From contig OX597837.1 in the NCBI GenBank assembly GCA_951406725.2, forward strand, positions 34,100,001 to 34,164,000: 64,000 bases of DNA, given 5' to 3'. Positions 41,216 to 55,980 of the stretch are shown piece by piece. The position numbers were made by a program, and so were the translations under genes. Below the pieces are notes generated by a model. It made no database searches. It was given only the letters and a program-made list of their open reading frames with translations, and had not been told where the DNA came from. Numbering within the stretch: position 1 is the stretch's first letter; every line of letters starts with the position of its first letter. This DNA comes from Octopus vulgaris. Taxonomy: Eukaryota.

Positions 41216-42546
41216 CTTTATGTGTGTGTGTGTGGTTCTATGTATTGCAGTCTGTTTATGTTTGTGTCTGTGTGTGTTCGCCTTACTGTATGCGTGTATA
41301 TCTATGTATTGTAATGTGCCTGTGTGTATGTGTGTATATTTATGTATGTATGCGTTCGTGTTTATTGCTGAGTGTGTGTTTCTATGTGTACGGTTGTGTG
41401 CATGTAAGTCTTACTCTTTCCCTTTAACCATCACCATCACCTCCCCCTTCCACTCCTACTCCTTCTCGCTATATTACTCCCCCTTCCCCTCTTTTACTCT
41501 CTTCAGCTCTGCCTGACTTTTGTGTGACATGCATGTGTGCGCATGTGTGTGTGTATACGTGCGCGCGTGTGTGTATGTGTGTGTGTGAGAGTGTCATATC
41601 ACACTCCTTCCCTCTCTATTTCTCTCTTCTCCTTTCCCTCTTTATGTCTCTCTTCTCCCTCCCTCCCTCTCTATTTCTCTCTTCTCCTACCCTCTTTATG
41701 TCTCTCTTCTCCCTCCCTCTCTATTTCTCTCTTCTCCTACCCGCTTTATGTCTCTTCTCCCTCCCTCTCTATTTCTCTCTTCATCCTCCCTCTCTCTCTC
41801 TTTATTCAGTGTAAAAAAACTATTAGCTTTCTCTCTTTCTCTTTCTCTTTGTCTTTCCTCTTTCTCTATATCTCTGTTTTCTCTTTTTCTTTGTTAACAC
41901 CCCTCTCTCTGTCTCTCTCTCTCTTTGCTTTATTTCCCTTTCTACGAATAACTGCATGTGTGTCAATGTAACTAGTTATATGAGTGTGGGTATATTTGCC
42001 ATCGTATTTGTGTGTATGTGTGTGTGTGTGTGTGTGTATTCCCCTCCCTCTATCTTATGTTATGCTTGCCCTTCCTCTCACTCTCACTCCGCTCTCTGGT
42101 GTCGGCTGCGATTGAGGCAAGTGGAAGGGGTCGCTATGCTGTAACTATATGTATAACCTACACAGTATGTATAAGTCTGTGTGTGTGTGTGTGTGCTTGC
42201 GTACGTGTACATGTATGTGTGTGCGTGCGGATTTCCCCCCCTATTTCACTTCTCTCTTCCTTCTACCCTTATCTTCTGTATAAAACCTACCCCACCACAT
42301 TTTATCATTCTCTCTTTTTCCCAAAAACGCACACACTTTCAAACACACACACACACACACATACACTCACTCAGTGATTTGTTGTGACAGCTAGGCTGTA
42401 TATATACATACGATATACATACATACCTATATATATATATACCGGAGTAAACACATAAATGTGAAACAAGGTGGAAAAAAAGAGTACTCAAATACCAGTG
42501 GTAGAGTAATATGCTTTATTTAAAGCAGCAGAAAATTCAACAAAAT

Positions 42547-42584
42547 CTGTTACTCTGAGTTTCACGTTGCCGTTCATCGGGCAG
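42547..42584 (-). ncRNA. Minimal type-I hammerhead ribozyme motif (family 3), opposite strand
   Basis: CTGC-CCGATGA-ACG(GCAA)CGT-GAAA-CTC-a-GAG-TA-ACAG. Confidence 0.75.
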
Positions 42585-42594
42585 TTTTTGAAAA

Positions 42595-42632
42595 CTGTCT
42601 GATGAACGGCAACGAGAAACTCAGAGTAACAG
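42595..42632 (+). ncRNA. Minimal type-I hammerhead ribozyme motif (family 3)
   Basis: CTGT-CTGATGA-ACG(GCAA)CGA-GAAA-CTC-a-GAG-TA-ACAG; predicted cut after A42628. Confidence 0.8.
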
Positions 42633-42675
42633 ATTTTGTTGAATTTTCTGCTACTTTAAATAAAGTATATATATA

Positions 42676-43186
42676 TCTATGTATATAAAACTGTAGTTGT
42701 GTGAGTGTCTGTCCCCTTCGATTTAGATTCCTAACTACTCCCACATTTTGCGGTGCAGTTTAACCAAATTCGGGAATCTTATAGTCGTGATTAATATCGA
42801 GCCCGTCTGGCTATTAGCGCGCGTCTACGATGAGTCTACGATTTTAAAAATAATTTAACATCATTTTTTATTCCATTTTAATGCATAATTTTTCGTGTGT
42901 CGATGGCGGCGGAGTTGGCGTCCATGGTCACACCTGCACCTGTGTTGTTTTTCCCCATCTTCCCTCCGTCGTGAAGCTGTGGGGAAGGGAGTATATGGAA
43001 ATCAACGTCGTAAAGCGTTGTCAAGGAGACCAGCGTTCTTTTAGAACAACGACTTCATGGCTTGAAGACACCAAAACAGAAATGGCTAAGAAAGCCTGAA
43101 TTGGCATCTATAAAGGAAGTAACTCTCTAAAATTGCTTATATAGTTATTTCCCTTACAAACCCGACCAACGCAGGGCGATACTGCT

Positions 43187-43188
<2 letters not shown>
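42676..43188 (+). mobile_element. Non-autonomous Helitron
   Basis: 5' TC; the 3' end (taactctctaaaa...cccttacaaacccgaccaacgcagggcgatactgCTAG) is shared with 5785-6149. Confidence 0.82.
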
Positions 43189-43240
<52 letters not shown>

Positions 43241-43454
43241 GTGTGTGTGTGTATTTGTATATGTATGGTTCGTTACTTAACCAACACACATTCGCATACG
43301 CACACACAGGGACCATACCGTACAATCTCTCCCTAATAATCATCATATCACTCCTCCCTTCTCTCTCTCTCTCTACTTTCTCTCACTCTTACTCTTCCTT
43401 TTTTTGCTCCCTCCCTCCCCCTCTCTCTATCTATCTATATCTATATATATATAT

Positions 43455-43868
43455 GTTTTTTTACTTGTTTCAGTCATTTGACTGTGGCCATGCTGGAGCA
43501 CCACCTTTAGTCGAGCAAATCGACCCCCAGGACTTATTCTTTGTAAGCCTAGTACTTATTCTATCGGTCACTTTTTGCCGAACCGCTAAGTTACAGGGAT
43601 GTAAACACACCAGCATCGCTTGTCAAGCTATGTCGGGAGGACAAACACAGATACACAAGTACACACACATACATGCATACATACATACATACATACATAC
43701 ATACATACGACGGGCTTCTTTCAGTTTCCGTCTACCAAATCCACTCACAAGGCTTTGGTCGGCCCGAGGCTATAGTTGAAGACACTTGCCCAAGGTGCCA
43801 CGCAGTGGGATTGAACCTAGAACCATGTGGTTGGTAAGCATGCTACTTACCACACAGCCACTCCTGCG

Positions 43869-43943
<75 letters not shown>

Positions 43944-44435
43944 TTTTATTCTTTTATTCTTTTATTCTTTTGTTTCAGTCATTTGACTGCTGCCATGCTG
44001 GAGCACCGCCTTTAGTCGAACAAATCAACACCAGGAACTTTTCTTTGTAAGCCCAGTACTTATTCCATCGATCACTTTTGCCGAACCGCTATTTTGCAGG
44101 AACGTAAACGCACAACATCGGTTGTCAAGCGATCGTGGGGGACAAGCACAGACGCACAAACATATACACATACATACATACATACATACATACATACATA
44201 CATACATACATACATACTTACATACATACGACGGGCTTCTTTCAGTTTCTGTCTACCAAATACATGCATATATACAACAAGCTTCTTTCAGTTTATGTCT
44301 TCCAAATCCACTCGCAAGGCTTTGTTTGACCTGATGTTATAGGAGAAGACACTTGTCCAAGGTGTCACACAGTAGGACTGAATCCGGAACCATGTGGTTG
44401 GAAACCAAGCTTCTTACCACACAGCCATGCCTGCG

Positions 44436-44437
<2 letters not shown>
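43455..44437 (-). mobile_element. Two family A SINEs (43455-43870 and 43940-44437)
   Basis: Reverse-orientation copies separated by (TA)n. Confidence 0.88.
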
Positions 44438-44501
<64 letters not shown>

Positions 44502-44622
44502 TGTATGTATGTATGTATAGTAAATCACCAAAAACGAAGCACACACACACAAAAAAACAACAACGCAAGGACCTGTTACATGTAAAGTATTAGCTGACGC
44601 TCAGGAAAGGAAAGAAAGATGG

Positions 44623-44656
44623 TTTAACGTTTCGAGCAGACGCTCTTCTTCAGAAA
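44623..44656 (-). ncRNA. Minimal type-I hammerhead ribozyme motif (family 2) in a Penelope-like end (about 44519-44707)
   Basis: TTT-CTGAAGA-A-GAGC(gtct)GCTC-GAAA-CG-TT-AAA; canonical core. Confidence 0.75.
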
Positions 44657-44704
44657 GAGAGGAAAGTCCAATAGAAAAGGAAGACAGAGGAAGAAATAAT
44701 CGCC

Positions 44705-44785
<81 letters not shown>

Positions 44786-44808
44786 ATATTATATATGTAT
44801 ATATATAT

Positions 44809-44954
<146 letters not shown>

Positions 44955-44957
44955 GTA

Positions 44958-44988
<31 letters not shown>

Positions 44989-44993
44989 ATATG

Positions 44994-45046
<53 letters not shown>

Positions 45047-45574
45047 ATATATATATGTATATATATAAATTATATTAGAGATAAAACCATTATTAGGCAA
45101 ATCAAAATATATAAAGTATAAAATTTAAAATTTAAATTATTTAAATTAAAAATTTTTAATTTATATTTATAAATTTTTATATATTTTACTTACTATCTTA
45201 TAATAAACTTTTTAATATTTTTTGATATATTTAATTAAAAAAAGTTAAAAGTTCAAAAGTTTAAAAATATATAAATATAAAATTTAAAAAAAATATAAAA
45301 AGAGAAAAAAAAGATAAAAATTTATAAATATAAATTTTAAATTTTAAATTCAAATAATTTAAATTTAAAATTTTATATTTTATATATTTTGTATATTATA
45401 TTAATCATATTTATTTTTATGTATTGGCTTATGTTTTTCACTGTTTGATTTGCCTAATAGTGATTTTATCTCTAATATACTGTGAAATTTGATTTAATCT
45501 TAAATCTAATTTTTCCCTGTAAATTTGGATTTACTCCCTAATATTATTATTATATATGTATATATATATATATG

Positions 45575-45667
<93 letters not shown>

Positions 45668-45811
45668 GTATATATATATGTAAATATATATATATATATA
45701 TTTATATGTATATATATATATGTAAATATATATGTATATATATATATGTATATATGTATATATATATATATGTATATATATATGTATATTTATATATATG
45801 TATATAAATAT

Positions 45812-45849
<38 letters not shown>

Positions 45850-45850
45850 G

Positions 45851-45967
<117 letters not shown>

Positions 45968-46038
45968 GTATATTTATATATATGTATATGAATATGTATG
46001 TATATATATATAGACATGTAGGAAGAAACGAAAAAGAC

Positions 46039-46393
46039 TTTCCACGAGAGATTTTGAGCTCTCATAAAGCGAGTGTAGGTTCCATCCAGCCGCCTCTCAA
46101 GCTTCTTTGATAATGTCCAGGTTTCTGAGCCATATAGTAGAATTGGTTCGACTGTGGCTTTGAAGATTTTAAGTTTGAAGTCTCCACTTAGATTTGATGA
46201 CCAGATCTTATGCCATTTACTCGTGATACCAGATGTAATCTCCAGGGATACAGGCATCTCCTACCCTGATGTAATCTCCAGGGATACAGGCATCCAGCAA
46301 CAGGACCTCCGTAATGCTATGATGGACCGTGAAGTCTGGCGTAGCATGGTAAATTCCATTGTCTCGACCACGGTCAAACGATGATGATGATGA
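46039..46393. mobile_element. RTE-like LINE 3' fragment with an inverted 5' segment
   Basis: Minus: [47 protein letters not shown]. Plus: [30 protein letters not shown] followed by a (TGA)n tail. Confidence 0.85.
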
Positions 46394-46847
46394 TAGATAA
46401 GACCCCTGTTTGCAGAGATCATATTTGTTTTTATAACCGTTATACAGTTTGGCATGGATAACGATGGACCATTTTAAATTGTATAGAACTGTGAGCCTAG
46501 ATAAAGAAGTGCTGTTAAGTTTTCACTTGAGATTCAAAGCTAGAACAGTGGTTACCAACTCTGACCTTGATGGTGATGCTGGACGAACCGATATATACAA
46601 AGAAGGTATCTTCCTACCATACATTTATAGATAATATTTCTTGTGAGGCATCTATTATCTAAGGGACAGGAGGTAGGGCGTCTACAGCTGCATAGGATTC
46701 CAAACCTTCATTTAACTAAGGTCTCTTTGGCCTCATGCTTAATTATTCATTGAGTAATTATTACTTTCGAGGTTCTACTGGCTAGGAAACATATTTAGCC
46801 TGGATTTTACCCCAGCCATTTCTTCAATTTGGATTTATATATATTAT

Positions 46848-46893
<46 letters not shown>

Positions 46894-46902
46894 TATATAT
46901 AT

Positions 46903-47296
46903 ACTCTTTACTCTTTTACTCTTTTACTTGTTTCAGTCATTTGACTGCGGCCATGCTGGAGCAACGCCTTTAGTCGAGCAAATCGTCCCCGGGACTTATT
47001 CTTTGTAAGCCCAGTACTTATTGTATCGGTCTCTTTTGCCGAACTGCTAAGTGACGGGGACATAAACACACCAGCATCGGTTGTCAAGCAACGCTAGGGG
47101 GACAAACACAGACACACAAACACACATACACATACATACATATATATATATATACATATATACGACGGGTTTCTTTCAGTTTGGTCGGCCCGAGGCTATA
47201 GTAGAAGACACTTGCCCAAGGTGCCACGCAGTGGGACTGAATCCGGAACCATGTGGTTGGTAAACAAGCTACTTACCACACAGCCACTCCTGCGCC
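46903..47296 (-). mobile_element. Family A SINE
   Basis: Reverse copy with a small deletion. Confidence 0.9.
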
Positions 47297-47554
47297 TATA
47301 TATATATATATATATAAATACATATATATATACAAACACATATTTACATACATACATGTATGTGTGTGTGTGTGTATTGACAAAACTATAACAGACACCA
47401 GTATTTGTCTGAATGATTAAAATGTTAGTCATTAATTAATATTGAATTTTCCTTTCCGCGTTAATTAATTATTTCTAATTTGTTTTTATTTGATACTCCT
47501 AGCATTCAGAACAACAGGACTAGCGTGAATATCTATATGTCTGTCTGTGTGCCT

Positions 47555-48282
<728 letters not shown>

Positions 48283-48768
48283 ATTTAGAAACTATGAACA
48301 ACATGAAATGAAATGTCTCGCTCAAGGATACAACACACTTCTCGGTCCATTATTCGAACCCTGTCCTTGTAATCAAGAGTCCAACACTCTAACTTGGCTT
48401 CGTACCTACACACACACACACACACACACACACACTCATAAACGTATACACGTATACGTGGTAAATCGTCATATGCACGGTGAAGAGCGTAAATCAAAAA
48501 CGATGTCTTCCATACGTATTCTTAATGTGTTCCGGCCGATTCGGACGTGCGTAAGCTGATCGCTGTCGTGTTTCGTATCGCTTTTATCTTCTCCCGTTAT
48601 CTTTATTAACCCTTTAAGGTCACGTGTGGCTTATTAACACAACATGCTATTTTCCAGCAGAGAACGGGTGTAGCTCATTGACACACTGCTAAATTGTGAA
48701 AAAGACGGGTGTATATAAGCCACATTGGCATTATAAGCTATTTGATTGATTATCATCTTGCTATTTAT

Positions 48769-49152
48769 TGGCTGTGTGGTGAACAACATGGTTCCGGGTT
48801 CAGTCCCACTGCGTGGCACCTTGGGTAAGTGTCTTCTGCTATAGCCTCGGGCCGACCAAAACCTTGTGAGTGGATTTGGTAGACGGAAACTGACAGAAGC
48901 CCGTCGTATATATATGTATGTATATATATATGTGTGTGTGTGCGTGTTTGTCCCCCCCAACATCGCTTGACAACCGATGCTGGTGTGTTTACGTCCCCGT
49001 AACTTAGCGGTTCGGCAAAAAAGAGACCGATAAAATAAGTACTAGGCTTACAAAGAATAAGTCCTGGGGTCGATTTGCTCGACTAAAGGCGGTGCTCCAG
49101 CATGGCCACAGTCACATGACTGAAACAAGTAAAAGAGTAAAGAGTAAAGAGT
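48769..49152 (+). mobile_element. Family A SINE
   Basis: Match to other copies. Confidence 0.9.
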
Positions 49153-49416
49153 ATACCCGGCTTAGCACGAAGATTTAATGTATTCCGTTTTGTTGATTCT
49201 TTCCCCGTTATTTGAAAATGATCGTTTTAGTAGTTCTGCCTGTCATTTGTAAATTTAAGTAATTTTCGATAAAAGCAAATATATCAACGACAAAATCCTT
49301 TCTTCACACCGAAGATTAAGTTACACGATATCATGAAATATATATATATGTTGCATGTCCTCGGGAATTCAGTTCTATGTGCATTTTTGCCACATATAAC
49401 ATTAATCAAAAACGGC

Positions 49417-49500
49417 ATTTATATCAGGATAACTGCAAATCAATTTAAGAAACGTTTTCATGAACATAAATATACATTGAACACACCAAAAAGAAAAGTA
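49417..49500 (+). pseudogene. Penelope-type GIY-YIG endonuclease fragment
   Basis: IYIRITANQFKKRFHEHKYTLN resembles the YIGxTxxxFKxRxxEH pattern of Penelope GIY-YIG domains (G changed to R). Confidence 0.6.
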
Positions 49501-50305
49501 CACACAAAAGCACCAAAACATACATACACACTCTCTAACACATGCATACATACATACATGCATACATACATACATACATACATACATACATACATACATA
49601 CACACTCTCTAACACATGCATACATACATACATACATACATACATACATACATACATACATACATACATACATACATACACACTCTCTAACACATGCATA
49701 CATACATACATACATACATACATACATACATACAAACATACACACTCTCTAACACATACATACATACTTTTTTGTGAGTGTGTGTGTGTATGCCTTTTTG
49801 GAATTGGATCTCGAAGTGCATATAAAGCTAGAAATAATCGCATGTAAATATTTGGAGAGAAGGAGAGCGAGTTCAGAACTGCATGCGAAACTAAAAGTTA
49901 TGCTGCAGACACAGATTTCACAAAAATTATTACGGCGATTAAAATTTCCTTCTCAGGAGCAGGAAAACTGAAACCTAGCGGCAATATTTAACACGTGTGA
50001 ACGATACAGGAAGAAAATTTGCGCTTTCATATATTAAATACTTCACTTAGGTGAACTTAAAACTGCAATACTAAGCCTCATATACGGCGATCTGTCCGTT
50101 TGCCTGTCTGTCTACCTCACTCTCAGCTCTCTCTCTCTCTCCCTTTCTCTCCCTCTCCCTATATATATCTGTTTCCGTATGTTATTCACACACTATACAC
50201 ACACACATGCGTACATTGATATATAGTATGGTAGGAAATATACTTTTATGTAATGGATACGCAATACATTCGGTACAGAAAATATATCTTCATTAAATAT
50301 TGATG

Positions 50306-50420
<115 letters not shown>

Positions 50421-50482
50421 TATACTGAGTACACACACACACACAGACTTATGTATGATTTTTTTTTAAATGGTTTATTCAT

Positions 50483-50549
<67 letters not shown>

Positions 50550-50550
50550 G

Positions 50551-50590
50551 TGTTACTCAGAGTTTCACGTTCCCGTTCGTCGGGCAGTTT
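50551..50590 (-). ncRNA. Hammerhead motif (family 3) in an inverted Penelope-like insertion (50551-50644)
   Basis: CTGC-CCGACGA-ACG(GGAA)CGT-GAAA-CTC-t-GAG-TA-ACAC; stem I is degraded; the adjacent tail is in the opposite orientation. Confidence 0.65.
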
Positions 50591-50647
50591 TGTTTAGAGT
50601 ACTATTTTCTCCACCTTGTTTCGCATTTATGTCCTTACTCTGGTGTA

Positions 50648-50979
50648 TACATACATACATACATACATACATGCATACATACATACATACATGCATGCAT
50701 GCATACATACATACATACATACATACATACATGCACACACACATACATACATACATACATACACACACATACATACATACATACATACATACATATTTAC
50801 ATACATACATACATATTTACATACATACATACATACACACACATACATACATACATACACACACACATACATACATACATACATACATACACACATACAT
50901 ACATACATATGTACATACATACACACACACATACACACACATACATACATACATACATACATACACACACATACATACA

Positions 50980-51010
<31 letters not shown>

Positions 51011-51740
51011 TTACATACATACATACATACACACATACATACATACCCACATACATACATACATACATACATACATACATACATACATACATACATACAT
51101 ACATACATACATACACACATACACACACACATACATACATACATACATAGATACATACTACCCACATACATACATACATACATACATACATACATGCACA
51201 CATACATACATACATACATACATACACAAATACATACATACACACACACACATACATACATACATACATACATACATACATACATACATACATACATACA
51301 TACATACATACATACATACAATTTGTGTATATGTGAATACATATATACTCACAAACACCAATTCTCTAGACACGTGCGTCTGTCACAGTGTGATCATGTG
51401 CTTGGCGGTACTTTCTGAAGAAGACAGGCGACATTTTTAGAGGCAGAAACCCACTCGAGAGGCGGGTCCGCGAGATCAAAATAGACCTGGGCTAAGAATA
51501 ATAACCGCCATAAATACACACAATGTATGTATGTATGTATGTATGTATGTATGTATGTATGTATGTATGTATGTATGTATGTATGTATGTATGTATGTGT
51601 GTATGTATGTATGTACGTATGTACGTATGTACGTATGTATGTTTGTATGTATGTATGTATGTATGTATGTATGTATGTATATATGTATGTATGTATGTAT
51701 GCATGTATGTATGTATGTATGTATGCATGTATGTATGTAT
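50648..51740. repeat. (CATA)n tract (50648-51320) and (TATG)n tract (51523-51740)
   Basis: Direct reading. Confidence 0.95.
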
Positions 51741-52249
51741 ATAGTACCATTTGTATTGGCATAAATACATACGTACGTACTTATGTATATTGTATGTGTA
51801 TATATGTATATGTGTGCGCGTTTATACATACATACAAATCTATCTATCTATCTATGTGTGTGTGTGTGTGTAAGTGTGCGCGTGTGTGGGTGTGTGTGTG
51901 TATGTCTGCCTGTGTGTCTACACATATATATATATGTATGTATGTTCGTATATATGTATGTATATACAGATAATAAATCCCTTTTATGAGCGCTAATGTG
52001 AGACAATAACAACAGGCCCTCCCGTGAGACTTGAACCCGCCATCTACCGTGTTCTGGGCGACCGCGTTAACGATTACACAAAAGACCGTTTGCTGTCTTC
52101 TCTTCAATTAGATTAAATAAATGTTTATTCTAGGCACGCATATACACACAGCGGCATAAGCATATATACACACATGTATACACACATGTGCGTGCGCGTG
52201 TGTCGATTTGTATCTCTCTCTCTCTCCCTCCCTATACTTATATAAACAC

Positions 52250-52320
<71 letters not shown>

Positions 52321-52370
52321 CATATATATACATATATACATGCATAGAAACACACACACACACATATACA

Positions 52371-52438
<68 letters not shown>

Positions 52439-52467
52439 TACATGCATACAAACACACACACACACAC

Positions 52468-52502
<35 letters not shown>

Positions 52503-52597
52503 AGTTCAGCAAAAATTTAGATTCAAATGAATATGGTACTTAATTTAGATGCACCAGAATCTTGTATGATGTAATCCATAAAAATCCGTGAGGTGAT

Positions 52598-52755
52598 TAT
52601 AATCAGAATAAGCAACAAGAATGACTCCGGTAATTTGGTACGATCGTTTCGTACTACATCATTTAATCTGTTGCAATACTTACAACATTTAATAAAATGA
52701 TGTAGTACGAAACGATCGTACCAAATTACCAGAGTCATTCTTGTTGCTTATTCTG

Positions 52756-52761
<6 letters not shown>
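52598..52761. repeat. Inverted repeat with 67-bp arms in a probable Penelope-like end (52502-52761) between (TA)n tracts
   Basis: Arms 52598-52664 / 52695-52761; each carries GAAA-CGATCG-TA (hammerhead 3' half). Confidence 0.8.
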
Positions 52762-52808
<47 letters not shown>

Positions 52809-53521
52809 CTTCAACCGTGATTTCTGACGTAAATTTGCTACCCGGGTATCGTTTAACCGAATTATCCATACTAGGATAATTCATTCAACTACTTAAACAT
52901 ATATATATATATATATATAGATATATATGTACATACATATACATATATACATACATATCTTTTATTTTTTTACTTGTTTCAGTCATTAGACTGCGGCCAT
53001 GCTGGGGCACCGCCTGAAGTTTTTAGTCGAATGAATCGACCCCAAGTGATTTTTGTAAAGCCTGGTATTTTATTCTATCGGTCTCTTTTTGTCTAGCTGC
53101 TAAGCTATGTGGACGTAAAGACCAACACCGGTTGTCAAGTGGTGGGAAGGTGGGCAAACAAAGACGCGCACACACAGACACAGACACACATATATATATA
53201 TGTAAACAGAGTTAGCGGTTATAATAACCGACTAAGGGATAAAATATCTGTATATACTATCGGTATTCGTTACCCGTGTTATCCCCCGGGCTATGGTGTG
53301 CAGGCACACCATGCATATAGAGTGCAGGTAACAACAGGATAAACAAGAGTTTATCAGGAACCAATGCAAATAATTAGAAAAGGGAGAGAACCACAGATTA
53401 AGCAACACATCGGTTGGACCACCATTATAGCTTATTTTTTAATACAAAGCATGACATAACAAAATAGATGACGTAACATATTTTACGGCCATTACTGATC
53501 GGATTGCCAAAATGCAGCCTA

Positions 53522-53942
53522 TTTTACTCTTTTACTCTTTTACATGCTTCAGTCATTTGACTGCGGCCATGCTGGAGCACCGCCTTTAGTCGAGCAAATC
53601 GACCCCGGGACTTATTCTTTGTAAGCCCAGTACTTATTCTATCGGTCTCTTTTGCCGAACCGCTAAGTAACGGGGACGTAAACACACCAGCATCGGTTGT
53701 CAAGCAATGCTAGGGGGACAAACACAGACACACAAACACATACACATACATACATATACATATATATATACATATATACGACAGGCTTCTTTCAGTTCCC
53801 GTCTACCAAATCCACTCACAAGGCATTGGTCGGCCCGGCGCTATAGCATAAGACACTTGCCCAAGATGCCACGCAGTGGGACTGAACCCGGAACCCTGTG
53901 GTTGGTTAGCAAGCTACTTACCACACAGCCACTCCTGCGCCT
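53522..53942 (-). mobile_element. Family A SINE
   Basis: Full length, reverse orientation. Confidence 0.9.
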
Positions 53943-54367
53943 ATAGATAAATGCGAGAGTCTTTACATAAATGCGGGAATAAAGTTCTTCATCTTCATAG
54001 GGCATTCGAATTAAGGCAACGGAGCTTCATCAGAGTAAAAAACAAAAGCATACAATATAAACAAAAGGAAGAAGGAAAAGGAAAGAAAACATGGCGTAGA
54101 CAAATAGTCTAGAAGACCAATATGTTAAGAGCAAATAATTATTTACCATCAGGATTACAAGGTCGGTAGGTAAACACACACACACGCACAAGAACACACG
54201 ACGGGTTCCTTTCAGTTTCCGTCTGGCAAATCCACTCACAAGGCTTTAGTCGGTGCGAGGCTATAGTAGAAGACACTTGCCCAAGGTGCCATGCAATGGG
54301 ACTGAACTCGGAACCATTTGGTTGGGAAGCAAGCTTCTTACCACACAGCCTGCATTCATGTATAGTA

Positions 54368-54752
54368 TGGAAGCACTCCGTCGGTTACGACGATGAGGGT
54401 TCCGGTTGATCCGAATCAACGGAACAGCCTGCTCGTGAAATTAACGTGTAAGTGGCTGAGCACTCCACAGACACGTGCACCCTTAACGTAGTTCTCGGGG
54501 ATATTCAGCGTGACACAGAGAGTGACAAGGCCGGCCCTTTGAAATACAGGTACAACAGAAACAGGAAGTAAGAGTGAGAGAAAGTTGTGGTGAAAGAGTA
54601 CAGCAGGGATCACCACCATCCCCTGCCGGAGCCTCGTGGAGCTTTAGGTGTTTTCGCTCAATAAACACTCACAACGCCCGGTCTGGGAATCAAAACCGCG
54701 ATACTATGACCGCGAGTCCGCTGCCCTAACCACAGGGCCATTGCGCCTCCAC
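54368..54752 (-). mobile_element. Family C tRNA-derived SINE, full length
   Basis: Reverse complement of 56285-56671. Confidence 0.9.
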
Positions 54753-55139
54753 CATATATAGTATATTTAATAACAAGGCCAGAAAATTTAGTATGAAGAG
54801 TTCAGCCGATTCCATGAAGCCCAGTATGTGACTGGTACTTTATTTTCCTGCCTTATCGACTCCGAAGGACAGAAAAGCAAAACTAATCTCAACAGGATTT
54901 GAACTCAAAACTTAAAGAACTGGAACAACTATCGCATTTTGTCTGATGCTCTAGCCATTCTGCAAACCGTTGCCTTAGTCATTAGTAGTACACCTTGGGA
55001 ATTCTTTATTCAAAATTCCAAAATCCGAAAACTGACCCCAGAATCCAAATGAATTTTGAATGCCGACATGACTCACGACAAATTGAAAATTCTAGAATGA
55101 GTAGTAAAAGTTCGATCAAGTACAACTGCTGTGTACTCA

Positions 55140-55351
55140 GGGGGCTAAACATAGAGGGGACAAACAAGGACAGACAAACGTATTAAGTCGATTACATCGA
55201 TCCCTGTGCGTAACTGGTACTTAATTTATCGACCCCGAAAGGATGAAAGGCAAAGTCGTCCTCGGCGGAATTTGAACTCAGAACGTAACGGCAGACGAAA
55301 TACGGCTACGCATATTGCCCGGCGTGCTAACGATTCGGCCAGCTCGCCGCC
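55140..55351 (-). mobile_element. Family B SINE
   Basis: Match to the 26087 copy. Confidence 0.9.
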
Positions 55352-55490
55352 TTCTGTCTGCAAGACAGTCGTCGCGACCTTGATTGTTCATGGCTCTGGC
55401 ATGATTTGATAAGCTTTCTCCAAACTGGTCGGTTTTTCGCTTGGGTTACACTCAACTTGTAACAGGTTCAAATTGAGAAGTAGTCAGTAT

Positions 55491-55653
55491 AGGCGCAGGA
55501 GTGGCTGCGTGGTAAGTAGCTTGCTTACCAACCACATGGTTCCGGGTTCAGTCCCACTGCGTGGAACCTTGGGCAAGTGTCTTCTGCTATAGCCTCGGGC
55601 CGACCAATGCCTTGTGAGTGGATTTGGTAGACGGAAACTGAAAGAAGCCCGTC

Positions 55654-55688
<35 letters not shown>

Positions 55689-55980
55689 TAATCCAAACAA
55701 GAAAACACAGAAAAAAAGAGAAAAAAACACAGCAACGCAGGACGTGGAACAATTAAAGTATTATTGACGCTCAGGAAAGAAGGGATGTCCCCCTAGCATT
55801 GCTTGGCAACCGATGCTGGTGTGATTACGTCCCCGTCACTTAGCGGTTCGGCAAAAGAGACCGATAGAATAAGTACTGGGCTTACAAAGAATAAGTCCCG
55901 GTGTCGATTTGCTCGACTAAAGGCGGTGCTCCAGCATGGCCGCAGTCAAATGACTGAAACAAGTAAAAGAGTAAAAAAAG
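55491..55980 (+). mobile_element. Family A SINE with a Penelope-like tail fragment (55685-55785, minus) in its internal (TA)n
   Basis: The insert is the reverse complement of about 1480-1560. Confidence 0.85.

Larger units (their letters stand above)
42441..42670 (-). mobile_element. Penelope-like element end with an inverted 5' segment, inserted in (TA)n
   Basis: Inverted arms of 80 bp (42509-42588 / 42591-42670), each with a hammerhead motif and AATAAA. The tail is shared with 50597-50644. Confidence 0.75.

Noticed and set aside
45070-45480. Inverted arms of about 37 bp around nearly pure A/T sequence
   Set aside because: Probably another fold-back element end, but the interior looks like low-quality consensus between long (TA)n tracts and cannot be interpreted.
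50470-52543. Long ORFs rich in YIHT / MYVC
   Set aside because: Translations of (CATA)n and (TA)n microsatellites; the same applies to most ORFs in the track.
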